From the NCBI RefSeq assembly GCF_021246445.1, contig NZ_JAJQXW010000001.1, forward strand, positions 1,382,168-1,446,167: 64,000 nucleotides of DNA, read 5' to 3'. The position numbers were made by a program, and so were the translations under genes. How positions within the stretch are numbered: position 1 is the stretch's first letter; every line of letters begins with the position of its first letter. Under the pieces are notes generated by a model. That model was given only the letters and a program-made list of their open reading frames with translations. It searched no databases and had not been told where the DNA came from. Origin of the DNA: Rhabdothermincola salaria (GTDB taxonomy: Bacteria; Actinomycetota; Acidimicrobiia; Acidimicrobiales; Acidimicrobilacustridaceae). This document shows positions 1 through 9,204 of the stretch, one piece after another.

Positions 1-266
1 TGTAGGACGTCGCGCCGCACCGGGTCGCGCTGCATGTCCTTGACCAGGGTGAGCTCGGTCTCGCCGTCGATCTCGAGGTCGATGAGGGCGTTGAGGCCGG
101 CATCGGTGGTGAGCACCCGGCGCAGCTCGGTCCACTCCACGGCGACGGCGACGGCGTCACGCCCCAGCCCGTAGACGACGCCGGGGACCTTGCCCTCGTT
201 GCGGAGACGGCCGGACGTGCGCGAGCCGAGCTCGCGACCGGTGGTGGCGGTGAGGGTGAGTTCCAT
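1..266 (-). CDS. rplY: 50S ribosomal protein L25/Ctc (runs off the window edge)
   Basis: Manual translation MELTLTATTGRELGSRTSGRLRNEGKVPGVVYGLG...LVKDMQRDPVRRDVL matches the bL25 N-terminus; lies downstream of prs; not in the ORF track. Confidence 0.93.
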   Translation of the reverse strand, partial: MELTLTATTGRELGSRTSGRLRNEGKVPGVVYGLGRDAVAVAVEWTELRRVLTTDAGLNALIDLEIDGETELTLVKDMQRDPVRRDVL

Positions 267-412
267 GGTCTGTCAGGTGCTCCTGGGGCGGCGGCCGGTG
301 CGCGCGCCGGCGGGTGGCGGAAGAACGGCAGGCAATCCTACCGGGGGCCGGCCGAACCCGGGAAATCCTCCGGCGACCGTGCCCGCGGGCCGAGGGCGTG
401 CCGCCCCCGAGG

Positions 413-1393
413 TCAGGACTGGTTGGCTCCCCCGAAGATCTCCGAGACGGAGGTGTCCTCGAAGACGGCGTCGATCGCGTCGGCAATCACGCTGGCCACG
501 GACAGCACCTCGATCTTGTCGAGCTGCTTCTCCGACGGCAGGGGCAGGGTGTTGGTGACGATGACGCGGGTGATCACCGAGTTCTTGAGCCGGTCGATGG
601 CCGGGCCCGAGAGCACCCCGTGGGTGCAGGCGGCGTGGACCTCGGCGGCACCGTGCTCCATGAGCTGCTCGGCGGCGGCGACGATGGTGCCGCCGGTGTC
701 GATCATGTCGTCGATGAGCACGCACGTGCGCCCCTGCACCTCGCCCACGACGTCGCGGGCCTCGACCGCGTTCTTCTGTCCCTTCACCCGGCGCTTGTGC
801 ACGATGGCGAGGTCGGCGTGCAAGGAGTTGGCGTAGCGCTCGGCCACCTTCACCCGGCCGGCGTCCGGCGACACCACCACCAGGTCGTCGCCCAGGCTGC
901 GCATGTGCTCGACGAGCACGGGCATGGCGGTGAGGTGGTCGACGGGGCCGTCGAAGAAGCCCTGGATCTGCCCCGAGTGCAGGTCGACGCTGATGAGGCG
1001 CTTGGCGCCGGCCGACTTGAACATGTTGGCGACGAGCTTGGCGGTGATCGGCTCTCGTCCCTCGGACTTGCGGTCCTGGCGGCCGTATCCGTAGAAGGGC
1101 GCGACTGCAGTGATCCGCTTGGCCGAGGCCCGCTGGGCGGCATCGACCATGATCAGCTGCTCCATGAGGGCGTCGTTCACCGACATGGTGTCGGTGCCGA
1201 CGTGGCTCTGGATGATGAACACGTCGGTGCCCCGCACGGACTCACCGAAGCGGCAGTGCAGCTCGCCGTTGGCGAAGCGACCCAGGTTGGCGTCACCGAG
1301 CTCCACCCCCAGCTGCTCGGCGATCTCGGTCGCCAGAGGGAGATTCGCCCGCCCCGACACGAGGTGCAGGCGCTTCTTGGTGACCAACTCCAT
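413..1393 (-). CDS. prs: Ribose-phosphate pyrophosphokinase
   Basis: FANGE, YGYGRQDRK, VDLHSGQIQGFF, VVSPDAG, LIDDMIDTGGT motifs. Confidence 0.98.
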   Translation of the reverse strand: MELVTKKRLHLVSGRANLPLATEIAEQLGVELGDANLGRFANGELHCRFGESVRGTDVFIIQSHVGTDTMSVNDALMEQLIMVDAAQRASAKRITAVAPFYGYGRQDRKSEGREPITAKLVANMFKSAGAKRLISVDLHSGQIQGFFDGPVDHLTAMPVLVEHMRSLGDDLVVVSPDAGRVKVAERYANSLHADLAIVHKRRVKGQKNAVEARDVVGEVQGRTCVLIDDMIDTGGTIVAAAEQLMEHGAAEVHAACTHGVLSGPAIDRLKNSVITRVIVTNTLPLPSEKQLDKIEVLSVASVIADAIDAVFEDTSVSEIFGGANQS

Positions 1394-1429
1394 GTGCTTC
1401 CCCTGGGGTGGGTGGCGGATGCCCCGGCG

Positions 1430-2536
1430 CTACTGGGCCGGGTCGGCGAGAGTCGCAGTGTAGAACGGCCCCGTGCGCACGCCGTCGGGCACCCGGCTGC
1501 CCGCATCCAGGGCGGCGAAGGGACCGACCACGGTGCCCTCACCGATCTCGGCGTCTCGCCCGACGGTGTGCTCGACCACCGAGGCGGCGCCCACGACGCA
1601 GTCGACGAGGCGGGTGTCGGGGCCGATCTCGGCCCCCGAGCCGATGACGCACCGTCCTTGCAGCATGGTGCCGGGGAACAAGGTGACGTCGGTGGCCAGC
1701 TCGACGGTGGCGTCGACGTAGGTGCGCTCGGGATCGAGCATGGTGACCCCCTTGCGCAGCCAGGCCTCGTTGGTGCGCCGGCGCAGCTCGGCCTCGGCCG
1801 TCGAGAGCTGGACGCGGTCGTTCACCCCCTGGGTGTCGGCTGCGTCGTCGGCCGCGACGGCGGCGACCTGGTAGCCGGCGGCGGCGAGGACCCCGACCAC
1901 GTCGGTGAGGTAGTACTCGCCCTGGACGTTCTCGGGGCTGAGCCGGCGCAGGGCCGGGGCCAACAGGCTGGCCCGGAAGCAATAGATCGAGGTGTTGACC
2001 TCGTCGATGGCCAGCTCTTCGTCGGTGGCGTCGGCCTGCTCGACGACGCGCTCGACGCGATCGTCGCGACCTCGCACCACCCGGCCGTACCCGGTGGGGT
2101 CGGCCATGTGGGCCGTGAGCATGGTGCAGGCGGCGTCGCTGGCCCGGTGGGCCTCGACGAGGGCGGTGATGGTGGAGGCCCGCAGCAGCGGGGTGTCGCC
2201 GGGGAGGACCAGCAGGTCGGCGTCGCTCTCGTCGAGGTCCTCGGCCGGGAAGGCGGTGAGGGCGACGCTCACCGCGTCGCCGGTGCCGCGCTGCACGTGC
2301 TGCTCCACGAACTCCAACGGGACGTGGGGGGCGGCGTCGACGAGCTTCTTGGTGACCCGCTCGGCACCGTGGCCCACCACCACCACCGCCCGGCGCACGT
2401 CGCAGTCGACCAGCGAATCGAGGACGTAGAGCACCATGGCCCGCCCGCACAGCAGGTGCAGGGGCTTGGGGCGGCTCGACCGCATGCGGGTGCCTTCGCC
2501 GGCGGCGAGCACGATGGCTGACAAGGGGCGGTCCAT
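1430..2536 (-). CDS. glmU: GlmU-like UDP-GlcNAc pyrophosphorylase with short C-terminus (368 aa)
   Basis: LAAGEGTRMRS..PKPLH, GTGDAV, GYGRVVR, EYYLTD, GVNDR; only a few hexapeptide coils; sits before prs. Confidence 0.9.
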   Translation of the reverse strand: MDRPLSAIVLAAGEGTRMRSSRPKPLHLLCGRAMVLYVLDSLVDCDVRRAVVVVGHGAERVTKKLVDAAPHVPLEFVEQHVQRGTGDAVSVALTAFPAEDLDESDADLLVLPGDTPLLRASTITALVEAHRASDAACTMLTAHMADPTGYGRVVRGRDDRVERVVEQADATDEELAIDEVNTSIYCFRASLLAPALRRLSPENVQGEYYLTDVVGVLAAAGYQVAAVAADDAADTQGVNDRVQLSTAEAELRRRTNEAWLRKGVTMLDPERTYVDATVELATDVTLFPGTMLQGRCVIGSGAEIGPDTRLVDCVVGAASVVEHTVGRDAEIGEGTVVGPFAALDAGSRVPDGVRTGPFYTATLADPAQ

Positions 2537-2602
2537 GGCCCCTTTCTATCGCCACCCCCCGTCGGGTGACAGCAGGGCCGGTGGTACCGTCGGGGGCACC
2601 TT

Positions 2603-2674
2603 TCGGGGGTGGTGTAATAGGTAACACGCCAGGTTTTGGTCCTGGTCTTCGGGGTTCGAGTCCCTGCCCCCGAG
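2603..2674 (+). tRNA. tRNA-Gln (anticodon TTG), CCA not encoded
   Basis: Cloverleaf: D-arm GTGTAATAGGTAACAC, anticodon arm CCAGG-TTTTGGT-CCTGG, T-loop GGTTCGAGTCC. Confidence 0.96.
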
Positions 2675-2726
2675 CTGGTCGCTCGTTTCGCAACCTCGTC
2701 ACGGTCCCGGTAGAGTCCTCGCCGCC

Positions 2727-2828
2727 ATGGGTTCTCTGATCAAGAAGCGTCGCAAGCGAATGCGCAAGAAGAAGCACAAGAAGATGCTGAAGCGCACTCG
2801 TTTCCAACGCCGAGCAGCCGGCAAGTAG
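2727..2828 (+). CDS. 30S ribosomal protein bS22 (AURKAIP1/COX24 domain), 33 aa
   Basis: MGSLIKKRRKRMRKKKHKKMLKRTRFQRRAAGK; TAGAGT -10 box upstream; below the ORF-track cutoff. Confidence 0.95.
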   Translation: MGSLIKKRRKRMRKKKHKKMLKRTRFQRRAAGK

Positions 2829-2845
2829 CCCCCGTTCGCGGGGGC
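2828..2845 (+). terminator. GC hairpin with TTCG loop after bS22
   Basis: GCCCCCG-TTCG-CGGGGGC, no U-tract; lies between convergent genes. Confidence 0.5.
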
Positions 2846-2972
2846 CGGACCGGCCCACCGTCACGTCCATCTCTCACCCACCCGGCCCTTTCGGCGCCGG
2901 GTGGGTCCGCGTCCGGGACCCCTTCCCCGCACCCGCCGCCGGCCCTCGGTGGCCGGAGTGATGCCGCAGGGC

Positions 2973-3704
2973 TCAGACGGTGTGGACCACCACGCGACCG
3001 TCGCCGGGGTGGTCCCCGTCGACGAACCAGGTCGAGCCCGACCCGGCCAAACGGGGCCGCTGCCCGGTGACCTCGGCCAAGCGTTCACGCCACGCCGCGA
3101 GACGGGGCTCGACGACGAGGGCGGCGGGCTCGAGGTCGTTGCCGTGCTCGCCCCGGGGACCACCGAGGTCGTCCCAGGCCCGGTAGACCGCCGGGGTGGA
3201 GCAGCCGAACGGCGGGGTCCACAAGGTGAGGGTGCGGACCTCGACCGGGAGCGGTTCGACGACTTCGCCGATGCCGCGGACCCGTGCCCGTCCGCCCACC
3301 AGGCAGAACGGCACGTCGGCACCGAGATCGGCCGCGGCCTCGAGGTCGTCGAAGCGGGCCCAGCGCAGCACGGCCGCGGCGTCGGCCGACCCCCCACCCA
3401 GCCCGGCGCCGGCAGGGATGCGCTTGTGCAGCCGCACGTGGGCCCGACGTCCGACCAGCGCCAGCGCCCGGCGCACCAGGTTGTCGTCGTCCGCCTCCAC
3501 CTCGTGGGCAGCGCCGGACGATCCGTCGACGATGTCCAGGCCGTCGCCCTCGGCCACCTCGAGCGTGTCGCACAGGTCGAGGGTGACCATCTCGGCGTCG
3601 AGGAGGTGGAACCCGTCGTCACGCCGGCCCGTGACCCGCAGGGACAACGTGAGCTTGGCCGGGGCGGTCAGCGTGACGGGCAGGGTCGGGGCGTGCTCGG
3701 ACAT
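2973..3704 (-). CDS. ispE: 4-diphosphocytidyl-2-C-methyl-D-erythritol kinase
   Basis: APAKLTLSL, KRIPAGAGLGGGSADAAA, LGADVPFC, GSGS motifs; follows rsmA. Confidence 0.95.
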   Translation of the reverse strand: MSEHAPTLPVTLTAPAKLTLSLRVTGRRDDGFHLLDAEMVTLDLCDTLEVAEGDGLDIVDGSSGAAHEVEADDDNLVRRALALVGRRAHVRLHKRIPAGAGLGGGSADAAAVLRWARFDDLEAAADLGADVPFCLVGGRARVRGIGEVVEPLPVEVRTLTLWTPPFGCSTPAVYRAWDDLGGPRGEHGNDLEPAALVVEPRLAAWRERLAEVTGQRPRLAGSGSTWFVDGDHPGDGRVVVHTV

Positions 3705-3709
3705 CTCGG

Positions 3710-4540
3710 TCAGCCTGGCACGGGCGCCGGTCCCACCACGTCGGCCAGCGCGCCCCACTGCTCGATGCCGAGCTGCTCGGGCCGCTCGTCGGGGGCCACG
3801 CCCGCGGCGGCGAACATCTCGGATGTCACCCATCCCGACAGCGACCGGCGCAGCATCTTGCGTCGCTGCCCGAAGGCCTTTCGCACGAGCGCGAAGAGCA
3901 CGTCGCGATCGGCGTCCACCGCCGGGCGGGGACGACGGCGGATGCGCACGAGCACGGACTCGACCTTGGGCTGGGGCACGAAGACCGTGGGCGGCACCCG
4001 TCCGACGACCTCAGCGGTGGCCCACAGGGCCACCTTCACCGACGGGATGCCGTAGGCGCCGCCACCGGGACCGGCGGCCAGGCGCTCCCCCACCTCCCGC
4101 TGGACCATCACCAACATCGTCTCGATGGCGGGGACGTCGTCGAGCAGCTGCAGCACGATCGTGGTGCCCACGTTGTAAGGGAGGTTGGCCACGAGGGTCC
4201 ACGCCGGAGCCGACGCCAGCAGCTCGGACCAGTCGACGGCGAGCGCGTCGCCCTGGACCACCCGCACCCCGAGGGGCACGACGACCTCCTCGAGCACCGG
4301 GAGGAGGTGCCGGTCGAGCTCGACCGCGGTCACCGTGGCCCCGGTCTCGGCCAGAGCCGTGGTGAGCGACCCCACGCCGGGACCCACCTCCACCACCGAG
4401 TCGCCGGGACCGACCTCGGCCAGCCGGGCGATGCGCCGCACGGTGTTGGGATCGACCACGAAGTTCTGGCCGAGCGCCCGGCTCGGGGCCAGGCCGTGGC
4501 GCTCCAAGAGCTCGACCACCTGCGTGCGGGTGAGGGTCAC
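3710..4540 (-). CDS. rsmA: 16S rRNA adenine dimethyltransferase KsgA
   Basis: LGQNF, EVGPGVGSLT, ANLPYN, PQPKVES, FGQRRKML; alternative start at 4558. Confidence 0.97.
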   Translation of the reverse strand: MTLTRTQVVELLERHGLAPSRALGQNFVVDPNTVRRIARLAEVGPGDSVVEVGPGVGSLTTALAETGATVTAVELDRHLLPVLEEVVVPLGVRVVQGDALAVDWSELLASAPAWTLVANLPYNVGTTIVLQLLDDVPAIETMLVMVQREVGERLAAGPGGGAYGIPSVKVALWATAEVVGRVPPTVFVPQPKVESVLVRIRRRPRPAVDADRDVLFALVRKAFGQRRKMLRRSLSGWVTSEMFAAAGVAPDERPEQLGIEQWGALADVVGPAPVPG

Positions 4541-4663
4541 CGTGTCAGCCTCGCCCATCGCCGGTCACCGGGCGAGTCGAGGTCCCGACCGCCGCCGCCA
4601 CTGGCGAACCCGGCCGGCGGAACACCAGTTGGCAGCCCGGCCGGGCCGGGCTGTCGGCGAGGG

Positions 4664-5281
4664 CTACAGCAGGCCGAGGAGGCGAGCGCAGCCCGGCCAG
4701 GCACCCCAGCCCTGCTGGGCACGGAGGCGTTCGGCCGCGGCGATCTGCTCGGCTCGGCTGGCCTGGTGGGGCATGGCGGCGAAGTCCGTGCCCCCCACGT
4801 AGCGCCAGCTCTGCATCGTGAACTGCAGGCCGCCGTAGAAGCCGTTGCCCGAGTTCATCGACCAGTTGCCCGAACTCTCGCACTGGGCCAGCTGGTCCCA
4901 GATGGCGCCGTTGGACACCGGGGGCGCCGGTGCCGCCGTGGTGGGCGGAGGAGGCGGGGCGGTCGTGGGGGGCGGAGGAGGCGGGGGCGGGGGCGGAGGA
5001 GGAGGCGCCGTGGTGGTGGTCGTGGTCTGCGGGGCCGCGGTGGTGGAGGGCGCCGCCGTGGTCGTTGTCTCGATCGTCTCGACCGGGGCCGGCTCGGCCG
5101 TCGTGGGCACTGTCGTGTCCGGCGCAGCGGTGGTGGAGGGCGCCTCGGCCACCACCAGGCTGGGCTGGGGGGCGTCGGTGGTGACCACCGCGACCTCCGA
5201 GTCGGCCGAGGCCACCCCACCGATGATCTCGAGCGCCAGGATCGGAAGGCAGACCAGCGTCACCACCAATGCGAGGACCAT
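4664..5281 (-). CDS. Resuscitation-promoting factor (Rpf) family lytic transglycosylase
   Basis: N-terminal hydrophobic segment, Thr/Pro linker, C-terminal WDQLAQCESSGNW..NSGNGFYGGLQF..QGWGAWPGC; occupies the rpfB position between tatD and rsmA. Confidence 0.93.
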   Translation of the reverse strand: MVLALVVTLVCLPILALEIIGGVASADSEVAVVTTDAPQPSLVVAEAPSTTAAPDTTVPTTAEPAPVETIETTTTAAPSTTAAPQTTTTTTAPPPPPPPPPPPPPTTAPPPPPTTAAPAPPVSNGAIWDQLAQCESSGNWSMNSGNGFYGGLQFTMQSWRYVGGTDFAAMPHQASRAEQIAAAERLRAQQGWGAWPGCARLLGLL

Positions 5282-5411
5282 TCGACGCTGCGGGGGGCTC
5301 GACGTGGTGGACAGCGTGCTCTTCTCTCACTGGGCGACAGGCCGGCTGCGCACAGCGGGGCCACGCCGAGCGCATCAACGCTCACCGTCACTCCGCCCGG
5401 AGCCGTCTCCG

Positions 5412-5461
5412 ACCCTAGGCAGCCTGCAACGCGATCGCAACTTCTGTCACCTGGCTGTCAG
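5412..5461 (-). promoter_or_regulatory. Housekeeping-type promoter of rpf (TTGCGA-N17-TAGGGT) with an 11-bp-period direct repeat abutting -35
   Basis: -10 at 5412-5417, -35 at 5435-5440, CTGTCAC-CTGG-CTGTCAG at 5444-5461. Confidence 0.55.
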
Positions 5462-5545
5462 ACACGACACGGGGCCGACATCGACGTCGCCCCTCACGGC
5501 CCGTGGGGCCGGGAAGCGGGGCGCGCCGGGCGGCCCCCGCCGGCG

Positions 5546-6352
5546 TCAGGAGCCGTCGGCGCCGAGGTGGTAGACCCGCTCGGCGTTGGCCCACGTGGCC
5601 TCGGCCACGGCCGCAGTCGCGACGCCGCGGGCCGCGGCCACGGCCTCTCCGACGAGGGGCACCAGCGCCGGCCGGTTGGGACGGCCCCGGTGGGGCACCG
5701 GGGCCAGGTAGGGCGAGTCGGTCTCGACGAGGAGGCGGTCGAGCGGGCACAGCACCGCCGCCTCGCGCACCTCGGGCGCACCTTTGAAGGTGACGATGCC
5801 GCTGAACGACAGGTGGGCGCCGAGGTCGAGGCAGCGCCGGGCCTCGTCGGGGCCTCCGGTGAAGCAGTGGATGACCGTCCGTTCGGGCAGGCCCTCGGCC
5901 TCGAGGACGGCGAACGTGTCGGCCCATGCCTCACGGGTGTGCACGACGAGGGCCAGGTCGTGGGCGTGAGCCAACGCGACCTGGGCGGCGAAGACCGCCC
6001 GCTGGGTGTCCCGGGGTGAGTGGTCGTAGTGGTAGTCGAGCCCGCACTCCCCCACGGCCACCACCTCCGGCTCGGCCAGGAGGGCTTCGATGCCGTCGAG
6101 CCCCTGCGAGGCGTCGTGGGGGTGCACACCGGCGGTGGCCCACACCCCGTCGTGGGCCCGGGCCGACGCGATGGCGCCACGGGAGCCGTCCAGGTCGGTG
6201 CCCACGGTGATCAACCGCTCGACGCCCGCGGCTCGGGCCTCGCCGACCTGCTCGGCCGCGCCGGCACCCCCGTCGGCGCCGAGGGCCAGGTGGCAGTGGT
6301 CGTCGGTCCAGCGCAGCCCGCCGGTGGCGAGCGTCGGGTCGTCGCCGGGCAC
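5546..6352 (-). CDS. tatD: TatD family DNase
   Basis: DDHCHL, GVHPH, GECGLDY, HTR, HCF, ETDSP motifs. Confidence 0.95.
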   Translation of the reverse strand: MPGDDPTLATGGLRWTDDHCHLALGADGGAGAAEQVGEARAAGVERLITVGTDLDGSRGAIASARAHDGVWATAGVHPHDASQGLDGIEALLAEPEVVAVGECGLDYHYDHSPRDTQRAVFAAQVALAHAHDLALVVHTREAWADTFAVLEAEGLPERTVIHCFTGGPDEARRCLDLGAHLSFSGIVTFKGAPEVREAAVLCPLDRLLVETDSPYLAPVPHRGRPNRPALVPLVGEAVAAARGVATAAVAEATWANAERVYHLGADGS

Positions 6353-6357
6353 GCCGT

Positions 6358-7878
6358 TCAACCCGCGGCCGGGGCCTGGATGCGCGGGAACAGCCCGGCG
6401 CCCTTCTCGACGGCCAGGCCCCCCGGGTAGGCACCCCACGCCGCGGCCTCGGGGAGGCGCTGGTCGCAGGGTGTGCCCTCGAGCCCGATGCGCTGCCACA
6501 CCTGCTCGCAGGCGCGGGGGACGGCAGGCGAGGCCAGCACGGCCACGATGCGCAGCACCTCGAGGGCGTCGCCCATGACGGCGTCGACCTGCGGGCCGGG
6601 CTCCATCTTCCAGGGCTCGTTGGCCTCGAGGTGGGCGTTGGCGGCGCCGATGAGGCGCCAGGTGGCCTCGAGCGCCACGCTCGGAGCGATGGCCTGCCAA
6701 CCGGCGGCCGTGGCCTCGTAGGCCTCGGCCACCACGTCGGCGAGCGGCGAGGTGGGCGAGGGAGCCGGACCGATCCCACCGCACTTCTTGGTGACCACCG
6801 TGGCCACCCGGGCCAGCAGGTTGCCGAGGTTGTTGGCCAGATCGGTGTTGTACCGGGTGACCATCTGCTCGTAGGAGAAGTCGCCGTCGGGGCCGAACGG
6901 GGTGTCGCGCAGGAAGTGGTACCGGAATCCGTCGACGCCGAAGTCGGCCACCAGGTCGGCCGGGAAGATCTGGTTGAGTCGCGTCTTCGACATCTTCTCG
7001 CCGCCGACGAGCAGGAAGCCGTGCACGGCCAGCTTCTTGGGCGGTTCGATGCCGGCGGCCAGGCACATCGCCGGCCAGTACACGCAGTGGAAGCGCAGGA
7101 TGTCCTTGCCGAGGAGGTGGTGCACCTCGGGCCACCACTGGGCGAAGCGCTCGCTGTCCGAGCCGTAGCCCACGGCCGTGGCGTAGTTGATGAGGGCGTC
7201 GTACCAGACGTAGAAGACGTGGCCCTCGTCCCAGGGCACGGGCACGCCCCAGTCGATCGAGGTCCGCGACACCGAGACGTCCTCGAGTCCTTGGCGGATG
7301 AGGCCCAGGGCCTCGTTGCGCTTGCCCTCGGGCTGCACGGCGTCGGGGTTGGCCTCGTACCAGTCGAGCAGGGGCTGGGTGAACTTCGACAGCTCGAAGA
7401 ACCAGTTGTCCTCCTCGAGCCACTCGACCGGACGGCCGTGGATGGGGCAGTTGCCGTCGACCAGGTCGGCTTCGGTGTAATAGGCCTCGCAGGCCACGCA
7501 GTACAGCCCGGCGTAGGTGCCCTTGCGGATCCAGCCGTTGTCGAAGATGGCCTGCATGAACGCCTGCACCGACACCGTGTGACGGTCCTCGGTGGTGCGG
7601 ATGAAGTCGTCGTTGGTGATGTCGAGAAGCTCCCAGACCTCGCGGAAGCGGGCGCTGGTGCGGTCGGCCTGCTCCTGGGGGGTGATCCCGTTGGCCTCGG
7701 CCGAGCGGGCCACCTTGAGCCCGTGCTCGTCGGTGCCGGTGAGGAACGTCACCTCCTCGCCCAGCAGGCGGTGCCAGCGGGCGAGGGCGTCGGCCGTGAC
7801 CGTGGTGTAGGCGTGGCCGATGTGGGGGACGTCGTTGACGTAATAGATCGGCGTGGTCACGTAGAAGCGTTCAGGCAC
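6358..7878 (-). CDS. metG: Methionine--tRNA ligase
   Basis: YVTTPIYYVN..HIGH, GTDEHG, YVWYDAL, KMSK motifs; GTG start 7 nt after TAGCCT. Confidence 0.97.
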   Translation of the reverse strand: MPERFYVTTPIYYVNDVPHIGHAYTTVTADALARWHRLLGEEVTFLTGTDEHGLKVARSAEANGITPQEQADRTSARFREVWELLDITNDDFIRTTEDRHTVSVQAFMQAIFDNGWIRKGTYAGLYCVACEAYYTEADLVDGNCPIHGRPVEWLEEDNWFFELSKFTQPLLDWYEANPDAVQPEGKRNEALGLIRQGLEDVSVSRTSIDWGVPVPWDEGHVFYVWYDALINYATAVGYGSDSERFAQWWPEVHHLLGKDILRFHCVYWPAMCLAAGIEPPKKLAVHGFLLVGGEKMSKTRLNQIFPADLVADFGVDGFRYHFLRDTPFGPDGDFSYEQMVTRYNTDLANNLGNLLARVATVVTKKCGGIGPAPSPTSPLADVVAEAYEATAAGWQAIAPSVALEATWRLIGAANAHLEANEPWKMEPGPQVDAVMGDALEVLRIVAVLASPAVPRACEQVWQRIGLEGTPCDQRLPEAAAWGAYPGGLAVEKGAGLFPRIQAPAAG

Positions 7879-8058
7879 GCCTGCCAGGCTACGAGGCGCC
7901 GGCAACACCGACGAAACGGTTCGGTGAGCGACGTCTCCGGGCGAAGGGGCCGGGACGCGCGTCGCGGATCGTGCTCTCCGGCCCCGCCGAGTGTGACGCG
8001 TGGCCCTTGTCACAGGACGCCCCGACCCGGACAGTGAGGGCACGGCGAGGAGGTCGTG

Positions 8059-9102
8059 ATGCGTGCGCTGCAGATCCAGTCCTGGCAGTCGGACCCGGTG
8101 CTGACCGAGGTCCCTGAGCCCGATCCCGGTCCGGGGGAGGTGGTGGTGCGCATCGGTGGCTCCGGCGCCTGCCACTCCGACCTGCACCTCCTGCACGACT
8201 TCACCGAGGGCATGGTGCCGTGGGACCCGCCCTTCACCCTCGGTCACGAGAACGCCGGCTGGGTCCACGCCCTGGGCCGGGGCGTGTCCGACCTCGAGGT
8301 CGGAGAGCCGGTCGCGGTGTACGGGCCATGGGGTTGCGGACGCTGCCCACGCTGCCGGGTCGGGATGGAGAACTACTGCGAGCGGGCGGCCGAGATCGGC
8401 GTGGCGGGTGGCGGGCTCGGGCGAGACGGGGGGATGGCCCCACTGATGCTGGTCCCCTCGTCGCGCCTCCTCGTTCCCCTCGGCGACCTCGACCCGGTGG
8501 AGGCCGCTCCCCTCACCGACGCCGCCCTGACGCCGTATCACGCCATCAAGCGGTCGGCGGCGCTGCTCGGACCGGGCAGCACGACCGTGGTGATCGGCAT
8601 CGGCGGGCTCGGCCACATGGGGGTCCAGCTCCTCGCCGCGACGACGCCCACCAGGATCATCGCCGTCGACACGCGTGACGACGCGCTCGCCCTGGCCCGC
8701 CGGGCCGGGGCGGAGACCGCGGTGGCGGCCGGCGACGACGCCCCGGCGGCGATCCTCGACGCCACCGCCGGACTCGGCGCCGACGTGGTCATCGACATGG
8801 TGGGCAGCGACGAGAGCCTGGCGCTGGCCACCACGGTGGCCCGCTCCTACTCCCACATCACGGTCGTCGGCATCGGCGGCGGGAACTTCTCGTTCGGGTT
8901 CTTCTCGGTGCCCTACGAGTGCTCGGTGGCGACCACGTACTGGGGCTCGCTCCCCGAGCTACTGGAGGTCGTCGAGCTGGCCCGCCGGGGATCGATCCGC
9001 GCCGAGGTGACCCGGGTCGACCTGGAGGGCGCCGCGGGCGCCTACGAGGACCTCGCGCACGGTCGCGTGGCCGGCCGCCTCGTGGTCGTGCCCGGCAGCT
9101 GA
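8059..9102 (+). CDS. Zn-dependent NAD(P) alcohol dehydrogenase
   Basis: GACHSD, GHE, CGRCPRC..NYC structural Zn site, GIGGLG Rossmann motif. Confidence 0.93.
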   Translation: MRALQIQSWQSDPVLTEVPEPDPGPGEVVVRIGGSGACHSDLHLLHDFTEGMVPWDPPFTLGHENAGWVHALGRGVSDLEVGEPVAVYGPWGCGRCPRCRVGMENYCERAAEIGVAGGGLGRDGGMAPLMLVPSSRLLVPLGDLDPVEAAPLTDAALTPYHAIKRSAALLGPGSTTVVIGIGGLGHMGVQLLAATTPTRIIAVDTRDDALALARRAGAETAVAAGDDAPAAILDATAGLGADVVIDMVGSDESLALATTVARSYSHITVVGIGGGNFSFGFFSVPYECSVATTYWGSLPELLEVVELARRGSIRAEVTRVDLEGAAGAYEDLAHGRVAGRLVVVPGS

Positions 9103-9204
9103 GCGCGGCGCGACCCCCGGGGCCGTCAGGCCGGCGCGACCGGCTCGGACGCACGGATGCCCAGTCCACGACGCACGGGCCCGGTGCCGTCGGCCCGAAC
9201 CGGG

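Noticed and set aside
2603..2972. tRNA-Gln as an island integration site
   Set aside because: Flanked by core genes; no integrase and no duplicated tRNA 3' end noticed
5282..5411. c-di-AMP (ydaO) riboswitch in the rpf leader
   Set aside because: Conserved ydaO segments not recognisable by eye; an Infernal search would settle it
5546..8856. Long N-terminal extensions of tatD and metG in the ORF track (also rmuC, rsmI, malQ, pepN, glgX, MFS)
   Set aside because: Extensions overlap neighbouring genes; family homology begins at the downstream starts used here
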